Shown here piece by piece: positions 1 through 7,698 of a DNA stretch of 44,418 nucleotides. Within the stretch, counting starts at the first letter, position 1, and each line of letters begins with the position of its first letter. Below the pieces are notes generated by a model. The model worked only from the letters and a program-made list of their open reading frames with translations, was not told the origin of the DNA and made no database searches. Source of the DNA: a virus (lineage: Duplodnaviria > Caudoviricetes); IMG/VR virus record IMGVR_UViG_3300048080_000048, positions 1 through 44,418 of that record. One strand, 5' to 3'. The position numbers and the translations under genes are program-made.

Positions 1-89
1 GACCCGTCCCCGTACCCGTCCCCGTACCCGTCCCCGGACCCGTCCCCGTACCCGTACCCGGCCCCGGACCCGTCCCCGTACCCGTCCCC
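1..89 (-). repeat. 6-bp microsatellite (GGG-NNC)n, left part
   Basis: Tandem GGGGAC/GGGTAC/GGGTCC/GGGGCC units on the minus strand. Confidence 0.95.
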
Positions 90-302
90 GGAGAGCATCT
101 TGGCCAGGCGATCAACCCAGTCGCCCCAGGAGGCATTCGGTCGGGTTCTCGCCTTCGCGGCCAGCCAGTTGAGCCAGTCATTGCGCGGACACTCGGCCAG
201 TTCCCGCGCCGAGATGTTCTTGCGTCCCACCCAGGCGATGGCCTCGGTGCAGGCCCCGACGTGCAGCAATAGCGCCGCCCACGGGGTCCGTTCTACTTCC
301 AC
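1..302 (-). CDS. Gly-rich (GY/GD/GS/GA)n repeat protein, 5' part; runs off the window and probably continues at 44418-44131
   Basis: Not in ORF track. GTG at 302 overlaps the upstream stop and reads MEVERTPWAALLLHVGACTEAIAWVGRK...[23 protein letters not shown] with no stop before position 1. Confidence 0.75.
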   Translation of the reverse strand, partial: MEVERTPWAALLLHVGACTEAIAWVGRKNISARELAECPRNDWLNWLAAKARTRPNASWGDWVDRLAKMLSGDGYGDGSGAGYGYGDGSGDGYGDGYGDG

Positions 303-580
303 GGCGCGGCGAGCCATTTGGCGACAGCCTCCGAGGTGACTTCCATGACGGCGGTGATGCTGCGGAGCGTGATGTCAGCGGGCGGACCGATGCGGCACGA
401 GGCGGTCGGACCGTTGGCGGCGAGGCCCATGAAGCCCTTGCAGTCGGTGGACCAGTAGACGCAGAGCCGGCCGTCTCGGAGCTTGATGATCTCGCCATCG
501 GTGTCGGTGGCGTAGCCGAAGAACACGCCACGATGGGCGGTAGTGACGATGACTGGTCGCTCTTTCTTATTCGTGGCCAT
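293..580 (-). CDS. DUF6948-like small phage protein
   Basis: VIVTTAHRGVFFGY...LRDGRLCVYWS...GLAANGP resembles the family I recall upstream of GYGDG-repeat genes; AAGGGAG RBS before ATG 580. Confidence 0.65.
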   Translation of the reverse strand: MATNKKERPVIVTTAHRGVFFGYATDTDGEIIKLRDGRLCVYWSTDCKGFMGLAANGPTASCRIGPPADITLRSITAVMEVTSEAVAKWLAAPWK

Positions 581-605
581 GCGATCTCCCTTGGTTTGCG
601 TTCGC

Positions 606-827
606 TCACTCATCTCGTTCTCCCTCGGTGCCGCACGTAATCGTCGGCGGCGGGGTAAGGGGCGCGAGCAGCCCGCACATGATGCAGCGCGTCGGCCCAC
701 TGTCGTTGCTCCAGATATGCTGGCAGGTTGTGCCGCTCGCCAGCGTCGTGCGCGGTCCGCAGAAGTTACAGACCATCTGGAACGCCGAGTAGCACCGTCC
801 GCATCCGGGGCATTGCCATCCGGTCAT
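606..827 (-). CDS. Cys-rich zinc-ribbon protein
   Basis: WQCPGCG...CNFC...CQH...CIMC; GGAGG RBS. Confidence 0.6.
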   Translation of the reverse strand: MTGWQCPGCGRCYSAFQMVCNFCGPRTTLASGTTCQHIWSNDSGPTRCIMCGLLAPLTPPPTITCGTEGERDE

Positions 828-1075
828 GTGCGTCCTCCCTCGGTGCCCGCAGCGGGGCGGGCGCAGTTTCTCCACCACCACTCTCGGCGCTTTTCGGCCT
901 CAAGGATTAGGGCCTGGCCTATGCTGGAGAAGCATCCCGGCACGCGCAACGTGAGGTAGAACGCCGCCTCGATCAGCCGCTCCCATCGGGCATCGCTGTT
1001 CATCTCCCGGGAGCACATGATCCGCCGCAGTTCCATGTATTCGGACCTGGCTTGATCGACCGTTAGTACGCTCAC
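824..1075 (-). CDS. hypothetical protein
   Basis: GTGA overlap with the upstream gene; 3' part of ORF 824..1582. Confidence 0.55.
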   Translation of the reverse strand: MSVLTVDQARSEYMELRRIMCSREMNSDARWERLIEAAFYLTLRVPGCFSSIGQALILEAEKRREWWWRNCARPAAGTEGGRT

Positions 1076-1323
1076 GAGGCCCCCGCCTCCTTCTCTCCTT
1101 GCTTTCCACGTCCGAGGAACTTGGTCATTGAGTGCCGGTTCAGTAAGCGGATGATCTCGCTCGCCTCCACCCGGCTCCATACTCGCGCTATCCACTTCCC
1201 TTCCGGCTTCTCGCGGGCGGTGTCGATGATGTCCACGTATATCGTATTTGTCTGCGTCACGAATCGGTGCCTCCTGCGATTGATGGCCGGTCCGGGCCGT
1301 GCGCCTTCCTTGTCCGCCATCAT
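1072..1323 (-). CDS. hypothetical protein
   Basis: ATGA-coupled at the start, GTGA-coupled at the end. Confidence 0.55.
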   Translation of the reverse strand: MMADKEGARPGPAINRRRHRFVTQTNTIYVDIIDTAREKPEGKWIARVWSRVEASEIIRLLNRHSMTKFLGRGKQGEKEAGAS

Positions 1324-1754
1324 GGCATCGCCCGTCGTATCGCAGCAGCGCAATCCTTGCCGAACCTCGCGGACGGAGCATCGTCGTGCAGGAATCCGCC
1401 GCCCTCCGCCACTTTGGCGCACGCCTCCCGCGTCTCTTGCACGACGCGCTCGCGCTCGGCAGCAAGCCAGCCGGCGGCGTCCGTGGATGCGGCGAGGGCG
1501 GCGTTGAAGTCAACTGGGCAATCCGCCAGCAGGCAATAGAGCCCGTAGTCTTCGCCGTGGACCCAGCCGCATACGCGCTCATCCCCGTGGATGCGGTCTG
1601 CCCACTCTCGAGCCGTCTCCAGCGCCGCCCTTAGCTCCGCCTCCCGCGCCTCCGCCCGTTCGGCGCGCTCCGTGGCGGCGGCAAGAGCTTCTTGGGAGAC
1701 GTTACAGCAATGACATTCATCATCGGGGCCGTGCATGACTTTCATTGGGCTCAT
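1320..1754 (-). CDS. mosaic coiled-coil early protein (ead/Ea22-like style)
   Basis: ERAERAEAREAELRAAL segment and REACAKVAE...CAAAIRR C-terminus; ATGA coupling. Confidence 0.6.
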   Translation of the reverse strand: MSPMKVMHGPDDECHCCNVSQEALAAATERAERAEAREAELRAALETAREWADRIHGDERVCGWVHGEDYGLYCLLADCPVDFNAALAASTDAAGWLAAERERVVQETREACAKVAEGGGFLHDDAPSARFGKDCAAAIRRAMP

Positions 1755-2044
1755 GGCTCTCTCCGAATGGCGGCGGCGAGCTTTGCGCGTTCGCCGAACC
1801 ACCAGTTGTTCGCTATCTCTGGCACGGCCCGGGCGCACAAAACCAACTTCGCCGCCCGCTCCCGCTCCCTCTCCGTGGCGGCGCGCTCGATCTCCTCGAA
1901 CTTCGCGGCGAGGTTGTCTACGCAGTTTTCCCAGCCGTCCCACTCCGGGGCTCCCGGCATTGTCGCGAGCGATCCTAGCCACTCCCGCGCGATGGCGGCG
2001 TGCGTGCTGGGCTTCGTGCTGGGCGAGGGGGCGTCAGCGGTCAC
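1751..2044 (-). CDS. hypothetical protein, paralog of 42569..42979
   Basis: Shares AREWLGSLATMPGAPEWDGWE with the 42569..42979 product. Confidence 0.65.
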   Translation of the reverse strand: MTADAPSPSTKPSTHAAIAREWLGSLATMPGAPEWDGWENCVDNLAAKFEEIERAATERERERAAKLVLCARAVPEIANNWWFGERAKLAAAIRREP

Positions 2045-2270
2045 GACGCACCTCGTGGTATTTCCAGCGGCCACGATCATCCTGATACCCGCGCTTGAAG
2101 ACGGTGTCCTGCCGCGCCGTAGTCACGTCGGCTTCCGTCTCGGCCAGCATCGGAGAAAGTCGGCGTAGCCGTGGGACAACGTAGAATGGCGGAGGTTCCG
2201 CGTCGGGAATGGCGCGCTCGCATCCGTCCAACTTCCCACCCCCGACGAAAACGATGATGGCGTGGCTCAC
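2034..2270 (-). CDS. hypothetical protein
   Basis: AAGGAGG RBS and GTGA overlap. Confidence 0.55.
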   Translation of the reverse strand: MSHAIIVFVGGGKLDGCERAIPDAEPPPFYVVPRLRRLSPMLAETEADVTTARQDTVFKRGYQDDRGRWKYHEVRRDR

Positions 2271-2845
2271 GTCCGCGCCTCCTTCCACTTCGCCACGGCG
2301 GCGAGTACGCCGCAAATCAAATCGCGGGCAATCGGTCCGTCGAACGACCCACCCCATTTACGGTAGTCCTCTACTGGGATGTCGCATTGATGCTGAAGCG
2401 CTGCCGCCGCCTTGAGCACCTCCGCCGCGCGGGAGCCATCGGAGGCGAGGGCCGGGCCGGCGATCTCTCTGCCGTCGCACATGATTTCCAGCACTTCGTC
2501 AAGGATTACTAGCAGGCTGCGGTCCTTAGCTCCCACCTGCCCCAGAGACTTGAACTTCCCGTCACACTTCTCCAGCGCCGCCCGCATCGCCGCAGCGGAT
2601 GCTTCGATGGCCAGCGCGCGCGTAATCTCTTTCTCCTGTCGTTCCTTGTGCATGTCTTTCGTCGCGCGGGCCTCATCTCGCTCCCGCTCCGCCGCCTCGC
2701 AGCGGTCAGCAGCGTCCAACAGTGCCCGCAACTCACCGAGCGTCATGTGAAACGGAACTGGCACAAGCTTCATGTCTGCGTTGAACGCGACCAACTCCAT
2801 GCGGAGCCGAGCAACCATCGCCGCGAGGTCGAGCGGGGCGGTCAT
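2267..2845 (-). CDS. mosaic coiled-coil early protein, paralog of 43601..44134
   Basis: MTAPLDLAA start plus CEAAER and EASAAAM patches shared with 43601..44134. Confidence 0.7.
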   Translation of the reverse strand: MTAPLDLAAMVARLRMELVAFNADMKLVPVPFHMTLGELRALLDAADRCEAAERERDEARATKDMHKERQEKEITRALAIEASAAAMRAALEKCDGKFKSLGQVGAKDRSLLVILDEVLEIMCDGREIAGPALASDGSRAAEVLKAAAALQHQCDIPVEDYRKWGGSFDGPIARDLICGVLAAVAKWKEART

Positions 2846-3075
2846 CGGGTCCTCGCGGGCTGAAACGCGCGCAGGACCGCGCCGAGGTGTCGCGGCGTCC
2901 AGACGGGCTCCGGCACGGTGTCTTCGCCCACCGGCTGGTCATCCTCCAGCGCCTCGGTGGTCAGGTCCTCGCGCCAGTCTCTTTCGGGGACAAGCGTCGC
3001 CGGGTCAACCCGCTTGCCACGGTAATCGCAGAAGTCCCCACCCGGCAGCGCGTAGATCACCTTCGCAACCTTCAT
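2842..3075 (-). CDS. hypothetical protein
   Basis: GGAGGAGG RBS upstream of MKVAKV; ATGA-coupled to the next gene. Confidence 0.6.
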   Translation of the reverse strand: MKVAKVIYALPGGDFCDYRGKRVDPATLVPERDWREDLTTEALEDDQPVGEDTVPEPVWTPRHLGAVLRAFQPARTR

Positions 3076-3153
3076 CTCATCCTCCTCCCTCGGCTGCGGG
3101 CCGGGTAGCGCCATCCCCTGTAACAGCGCCCCCGTCGCTCCCGCAGCCTTCAC

Positions 3154-3300
3154 TCAAAAGACAGGGTGCTTCGTCGCCAGCGGCCAGAACGAAATCCGCA
3201 GCGGCCCCAGGGACAGGCTCCAGACCACCATCCCGCCATGCGGCAAGATCAGCCCAACGACCCATATCCGCCAGTCCCAGGAGCAGTCGAACTTGTGCAT
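3154..3300 (-). CDS. possible small hydrophobic protein (48 aa)
   Basis: Manual translation MHKFDCSWDWRIWVVGLILPHGGMVVWSLSLGPLRISFWPLATKHPVF; fills a gap, weak RBS. Confidence 0.3.
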   Translation of the reverse strand: MHKFDCSWDWRIWVVGLILPHGGMVVWSLSLGPLRISFWPLATKHPVF

Positions 3301-3339
3301 TTGCTCGGTACCCCGCACAAAAATCGGGTAAAAATCCGA

Positions 3340-3894
3340 CTAGGACTTCTTCCCCAACAGGCTGCCTCTCGGCCGTCCCCGCTTCTTCCTGACAGGTTCT
3401 GGTGATTCGCTGGCCGTCGCTGGAGCCACCGTCCTTGCGTTCAGAGCTTTCAACGCCCGCCTGGCCCGTTTCGGGGTCAGTTTGACCAAAGACGCCAGTT
3501 GCTCCCGAACGACCCGCTGGAGGGCTCTCAGGACGATCCCTGTGACCTGGCGCTTCTCCATCTCGGTCAGGTTCACCCCGCGGCCCTGAAACGCGGCTTC
3601 GGTGTCGAATACGCAGAGTTCTAGGGGTGGGTTGGGTATCCTCTCGAACTCTGGGTGCCGAGCGATAAACTCCTTAGCTGTCTCTGGCTTGGGCTGGGCC
3701 GCGGCGACCAGCGGGCTCATGTGGGTTTCGGGTTCTGCGAGTTCCTCGAACTCATCGGGCTCGGTCACGGTGGCAGGCTCGAAGATGGGCGGTGGCGGGG
3801 TGGGGCCTGGCGCTCCCTCGATACGGCTTCCGTCTATCGGCTCGCGGCCTTGGAGCTGGCGGATTTCAGCGAGGCGTTCAATCAGGCTGGGCAC
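3340..3894 (-). CDS. hypothetical protein with C-terminal AT-hook-like motif
   Basis: 184 aa ending RKKRGRPRGS; AAGGAG RBS. Confidence 0.65.
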   Translation of the reverse strand: MPSLIERLAEIRQLQGREPIDGSRIEGAPGPTPPPPIFEPATVTEPDEFEELAEPETHMSPLVAAAQPKPETAKEFIARHPEFERIPNPPLELCVFDTEAAFQGRGVNLTEMEKRQVTGIVLRALQRVVREQLASLVKLTPKRARRALKALNARTVAPATASESPEPVRKKRGRPRGSLLGKKS

Positions 3895-4301
3895 TTGGGC
3901 TCCTTGGTAGGGAAAAGATGTTCTGGATCGCGGGCATACTTGGCTCCGTTGTCGAATCGGTAGGTTACGGTCGCCAACTCCCAGTCCTCTGAGCGCAGCA
4001 TGATTTCAAACCTGCCGATTCTTGGGTCGTCTTTGCGCTCGGCGATCAGGGCGACAAGCCTATCGGATAGATTGGGGACAAGCTCGTCATCCATCCACAT
4101 CGTCGTTTCGATGGGGTGCCCGCCACGGATGTGCCCCCAGACTCCGTAAGTTCCGTTATCGCCGTCGAACGTGACTACCGGGCGGTCGCTGTTATCCCGA
4201 AGCCACTGAGCCACCACGGCTGCCGCCCCGGTGTCGTAGATGAAGGACGAGCAGACCGCGTCCCGCTGACTCACTTTCTCGCTCCATTCTTTGGGAAGCA
4301 C
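3882..4301 (-). CDS. hypothetical protein
   Basis: ORF tiles between its neighbours; start uncertain (GTG 4274 possible). Confidence 0.6.
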   Translation of the reverse strand: MLPKEWSEKVSQRDAVCSSFIYDTGAAAVVAQWLRDNSDRPVVTFDGDNGTYGVWGHIRGGHPIETTMWMDDELVPNLSDRLVALIAERKDDPRIGRFEIMLRSEDWELATVTYRFDNGAKYARDPEHLFPTKEPKCPA

Positions 4302-5089
4302 AGACGCTTATGGTCGCAGTATCCGCAAGGCCAGTTTGGGCACGACTTGTACGCTTCCGGGATGCCGGGGTCCGATCCCGCTCTCGCTCCCTTCATCGCC
4401 TGACTCAGGAACACGAGGTCTTTCTTCGCTTCGTCCAGGTCGTAGGGCACGAACCAGGCATGGAACAGGGGCTCTCCCTTGGTCGCTCCGACAGCGGTAT
4501 AGACGAGACGACCCCTCGCATGGGTGGGCTTGGGAATCTGGCCGCTGTCCGCGGCGTGGAGATATCCCCGGAGCTGCTTGACGTAGCCATCCTCGGCGTC
4601 CGGCCCGCCACGCTTCAAGATCCACCCCAGAGCTCGGCTGTTCTTGGTTTTAATCTCCCACAGCTCTCTCGGGTCCAGCCCGGGGATCAAGGCCCGGACC
4701 TCCTCCGGGACTTCGATCAGCAGGTCCAGGGTCCCGTGGATCGTCTCTCCGTCATGCTCCAGCTCGACGCGCTGCTGGGTCAGGATGGTGACGCCGGCCG
4801 CCGTCAGCAAGTCCAAGTAGAGTTCCTCGGCCTTGTTGCCGAGTCTCAAGGTCATGTAGGAGTCGAGCGTCAGGGCTTCGGTTTTCGGTACTCCGGTGAG
4901 CGAAAAGAACACCTGCCTCGGGCACTTGCCGGCCTGAGAGACATGGACTCCGGGCTCCCGGGTATCGACTTCAGCCGCTAGTTTCTTTCGGAGCCCGTAC
5001 TCCAGCAGGGCGCGGACGGGGGCGGTCGCATCCCCGGTCCCACTGGAGGCGACGACGGTGGAAAGGTGCTCCTGGGGCGCAGGACTCAT
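4271..5089 (-). CDS. Cas4-like PD-(D/E)XK exonuclease (phage recombination nuclease)
   Basis: SQAGKCPRQ, GTLDLLI, EIKT, QLRGY and C-terminal CGYC-x5-C cysteines consistent with an Fe-S cluster. Confidence 0.85.
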   Translation of the reverse strand: MSPAPQEHLSTVVASSGTGDATAPVRALLEYGLRKKLAAEVDTREPGVHVSQAGKCPRQVFFSLTGVPKTEALTLDSYMTLRLGNKAEELYLDLLTAAGVTILTQQRVELEHDGETIHGTLDLLIEVPEEVRALIPGLDPRELWEIKTKNSRALGWILKRGGPDAEDGYVKQLRGYLHAADSGQIPKPTHARGRLVYTAVGATKGEPLFHAWFVPYDLDEAKKDLVFLSQAMKGARAGSDPGIPEAYKSCPNWPCGYCDHKRLCFPKNGARK

Positions 5090-5385
5090 GAGACCGCCTT
5101 CATCGCCGAGTAGGCCTTGACCGCCACCGCAATCGCCGAGTCCGCCATCTCCGGCCCCGCCCCTTTGCAGAGTTCCGCAGCCAGGTGAAGGGCCGCGGCG
5201 GCGATCAGGCCGTTAGAGTCGCTTTTAGGGAGAAGGCTGGTGGCGGGGGCGATGGACGTGGGTTTGGGCGGGCGGATCTTCTCGGTACAATAGGTTTCGT
5301 CGTCCAGCTGTTGGCGGCAGAAGAAGCCGCCGAACTTGCTGACCGCCATCTCGGTGCTGTGAATCCTGCACAGCGGGTTGCTCAT
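5086..5385 (-). CDS. hypothetical protein with N-terminal C-x2-H...C...C zinc motif
   Basis: LCRIH...FFC...YC; GGAGG RBS; adjacent to the exonuclease. Confidence 0.6.
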   Translation of the reverse strand: MSNPLCRIHSTEMAVSKFGGFFCRQQLDDETYCTEKIRPPKPTSIAPATSLLPKSDSNGLIAAAALHLAAELCKGAGPEMADSAIAVAVKAYSAMKAVS

Positions 5386-5501
5386 GCTTCCTCCGCATAG
5401 TGCTCGTCCTGGTCCAGCCCGCGCTCGGTGCGACATGACGCGCAGACCTGCTCACGATCCAGCAGGCCCCGCTCGCCGCAGTCCACACACGCCTCGTTCA
5501 T
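5382..5501 (-). CDS. small zinc-finger protein (39 aa)
   Basis: CVDCG...CASC; first gene after promoter 5575-5603. Confidence 0.5.
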   Translation of the reverse strand: MNEACVDCGERGLLDREQVCASCRTERGLDQDEHYAEEA

Positions 5502-5574
5502 GTTGACCCCCTGCGGCCGCCTACTCGGTGCGAAGGTCCCCCCTATCGTCCCTTTCGGCGGCCGCTCTGAAAAG

Positions 5575-5603
5575 AGTATGTATCCTGATGGGCGGGGTGT
5601 CAA
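5575..5603 (-). promoter_or_regulatory. sigma70-like promoter
   Basis: TTGACA-N17-CATACT. Confidence 0.75.
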
Positions 5604-6091
5604 GGCTTCAGACTCCCGTTGGCGAGCGCGGCGATTTCGGCTCGCTCGCGGATCAGCTCGGACCGTAACGTTTCCACGTGGCTTCCGACCACCGGCACCG
5701 GGGGTTTGGTCTGGGCGAAAAAACCTGTGCCAAAGCGTTCACGGTGATTCCACGCGTAGGCATTGTCCCTGTCCTCTTCCGCGTCCCGCAGCAGGCCCAG
5801 CCGCCTGTTGTAGCTTTCGGCTCTGGCGTGCAAAGCATCGTCGCCGGACAAGGACACGATGGGCGGTGGCCTGTTCATGGCTTCCAATCGTCGGGGGCGA
5901 GGATCAGCGGTCCCGTCTCGATGATGTGCGCCCATTGCCCCCAAGTCGTCGGGGACACGCTTTTGTCCTCGGGGCCGATCAGTCTCGTGGCGGCTCCGGC
6001 GCAGGCTAGCGTCCGGGGTAGTCTCGGTGTGGACGACGGTGCTGTTGAGTATCCCGACGAGGCGGGCCGCCAGCTCTTCTCTCAGGCTCAT
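5600..6091 (-). CDS. hypothetical protein, possibly two genes fused by a frameshift (second start ATG 5878)
   Basis: ORF track; the +1 frame ends WKP-TGA overlapping ATG 5878. Confidence 0.5.
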   Translation of the reverse strand: MSLREELAARLVGILNSTVVHTETTPDASLRRSRHETDRPRGQKRVPDDLGAMGAHHRDGTADPRPRRLEAMNRPPPIVSLSGDDALHARAESYNRRLGLLRDAEEDRDNAYAWNHRERFGTGFFAQTKPPVPVVGSHVETLRSELIRERAEIAALANGSLKP

Positions 6092-6309
6092 GTCACCTCT
6101 TCATCTTCTAGCGGTCCTTTGTAGCCGACTAGGATATTGAGTTCATGGGCATACTTCTCCAGCTCATCATGTCGCCCGACGATCTTGGTTGGGTTCCCAA
6201 CGGCATCTGAGTCGCTCTCCCGAGTGTAGATTCGGCAATCGTTACGTGCGCTGCCCCCGTAGACGCGAAACCTCTCACCTGGCCTCCATTCGGCCCGGAA
6301 GAATCTCAT
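6088..6309 (-). CDS. hypothetical protein
   Basis: ATGA-coupled on both sides. Confidence 0.6.
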   Translation of the reverse strand: MRFFRAEWRPGERFRVYGGSARNDCRIYTRESDSDAVGNPTKIVGRHDELEKYAHELNILVGYKGPLEDEEVT

Positions 6310-6557
6310 GTCCTGGCCAGCTTTCTCTTCAAGGCCCCTCGCCGGGCCTTGCGGATCTGAAAGCGCAGGAACTTCTCCGAGACGTGGTAGAGGCCGATCA
6401 TGCGGGCGATCAGCGCCCAGGAGGGCTCTCCCTGCCCGGCTTCGATCTGGGCGAGGTGCACCCGCGAGATCCCCATGGCCTTGGCCGCCTTCTCGGCGCT
6501 GGAGTAGCCGGCCTTGCGCCTGATTGACACCAGCGGGTTATCGGTTTTCCGTGGCAT
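6306..6557 (-). CDS. XRE/Cro-like helix-turn-helix regulator
   Basis: IRRKAGYSSAEKAAKAMGISRVHLAQIEAGQGEPS; AGGAGG RBS. Confidence 0.85.
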   Translation of the reverse strand: MPRKTDNPLVSIRRKAGYSSAEKAAKAMGISRVHLAQIEAGQGEPSWALIARMIGLYHVSEKFLRFQIRKARRGALKRKLART

Positions 6558-6568
6558 CGAGCCTCCTA

Positions 6569-6688
6569 TCAGTGCCGGCCCAGCCATGAAACTAGGGCTG
6601 TCACCAGCGTCCACAGCAGCCAGCCGACGAAACCCACCCCCAGTAGCCATAACAGGGCCACTACTACGAACGGTATCAGCAGTTTCAT
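6569..6688 (-). CDS. small membrane protein (39 aa)
   Basis: MKLLIPFVVVALLWLLGVGFVGWLLWTLVTALVSWLGRH. Confidence 0.55.
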   Translation of the reverse strand: MKLLIPFVVVALLWLLGVGFVGWLLWTLVTALVSWLGRH

Positions 6689-6777
6689 GTTCTGGCCCAC
6701 ACCAGCAGCAGAACGAAGCAGAACGCCAGTACCACCGCACCCGCGAGCATCGCCAGCGCCAGACGAGAGAAGGTCAT
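6685..6777 (-). CDS. small membrane protein (30 aa)
   Basis: Manual translation MTFSRLALAMLAGAVVLAFCFVLLLVWART; ATGA-coupled at both ends. Confidence 0.55.
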   Translation of the reverse strand: MTFSRLALAMLAGAVVLAFCFVLLLVWART

Positions 6778-7328
6778 GCTCGCTCCGGTTTCGGGAACAC
6801 GAGCCCCTCCGGCCCCCACTGGACATCGGCGCACTCGACCGCGAACAAGGCGTCAACCTCGGTGGCGTGGCCTGCCAGCGCCTGCTGCCACGCCGCGTAC
6901 GCCTGCCAGTACGCCGCGTACGCCTGCTGCCACGCCGCGGACGCCTGCTGGTACGCCGCGTCCGCCTGCTGGCACGCCGTGTCCGCCTGCTGCCACGCCG
7001 CGTACGCCTGCCAGTACGCCGCGTACGCCTGCTGCCACGCCGCGGACGCCTGCTGGCACGCCGCGTCCGCCTGCTGGCACGCCGCGGACGCCTGCCAGTA
7101 CGCCGCGGACGCCTGCTGCACCGGCTCGGGGATCGGACCAATGACCGGACGCATCGCGCGCAGGCGGGTCTCCTGCTCGTGCGCGGCCTTCGTCTCGCGG
7201 ATGGCCTTTACGCGGTTCTCGACGGGCTCGGTCAGAGGCTCCAGCTTGATCTGGTGGTGGATGCACCACCAGAGCGAGCCGATGGCGCGCTGCTCGGGCG
7301 TGGCGAGTTCGTAGGGGTACGGGGTCAT
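6774..7328 (-). CDS. heptad-repeat phage protein
   Basis: WCIHH..LEPLTEP N-terminal domain, 11 QQAxAAx heptads, ECADVQW..VFP tail. Confidence 0.75.
   Translation of the reverse strand: MTPYPYELATPEQRAIGSLWWCIHHQIKLEPLTEPVENRVKAIRETKAAHEQETRLRAMRPVIGPIPEPVQQASAAYWQASAACQQADAACQQASAAWQQAYAAYWQAYAAWQQADTACQQADAAYQQASAAWQQAYAAYWQAYAAWQQALAGHATEVDALFAVECADVQWGPEGLVFPKPERA
6879..7118 (-). repeat. 21-bp coding tandem repeat, about 11.4 units
   Basis: (CAG/TGG) CAG GCG (TCC/GAC/TAC) GCG GCG (TAC/TGC/TGG). Confidence 0.95.
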
Positions 7329-7513
7329 CACCAGCCCTTCCCTGCGACCGGCCTCATGCTGAGATGCGCCGCGTACATCTCCTGCGCGTTGCGCTTCTCG
7401 AACGCCCACCGCTTGCGGATGGCCTGAACGAACTGGTCGGCGCTGGTTCCGGCGAAGGTGAGGGCTGCGGCATCCTCATCGGTCAGGGTGAGAAGCACGT
7501 GGATCTGTCTCAT
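7328..7513 (-). CDS. hypothetical protein
   Basis: Coupled ORF with GAGAGGA RBS. Confidence 0.55.
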   Translation of the reverse strand: MRQIHVLLTLTDEDAAALTFAGTSADQFVQAIRKRWAFEKRNAQEMYAAHLSMRPVAGKGW

Positions 7514-7698
7514 TGGTCAGTCCTCTCTCGGATCGCAGCGAGTCTCGCGTCGATCCGGAATCGGTCCTGCATCTCGTTGCACAGCATGTCCACCATCGTA
7601 TCAACGCCCGCGTTGAGCCGGGTGCAGGGCGATGGGGCGACGTTCCACTCCTCGCGGCGGGCTTGGACCATGCGCTGGTAGCGTTCGTCGGGACTCAC
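7510..7698 (-). CDS. hypothetical protein
   Basis: GTGA-coupled; 3' part of ORF 7510..7845. Confidence 0.5.
   Translation of the reverse strand: MSPDERYQRMVQARREEWNVAPSPCTRLNAGVDTMVDMLCNEMQDRFRIDARLAAIRERTDQ

Noticed and set aside
4271-5089. CRISPR-Cas locus
   Set aside because: No array or other cas genes; solo Cas4-like nucleases are common in phages.
6879-7118. CRISPR array or DGR variable region
   Set aside because: Units abut without unique spacers and are in-frame coding. No reverse transcriptase or adenine-rich template copy is visible in the window.
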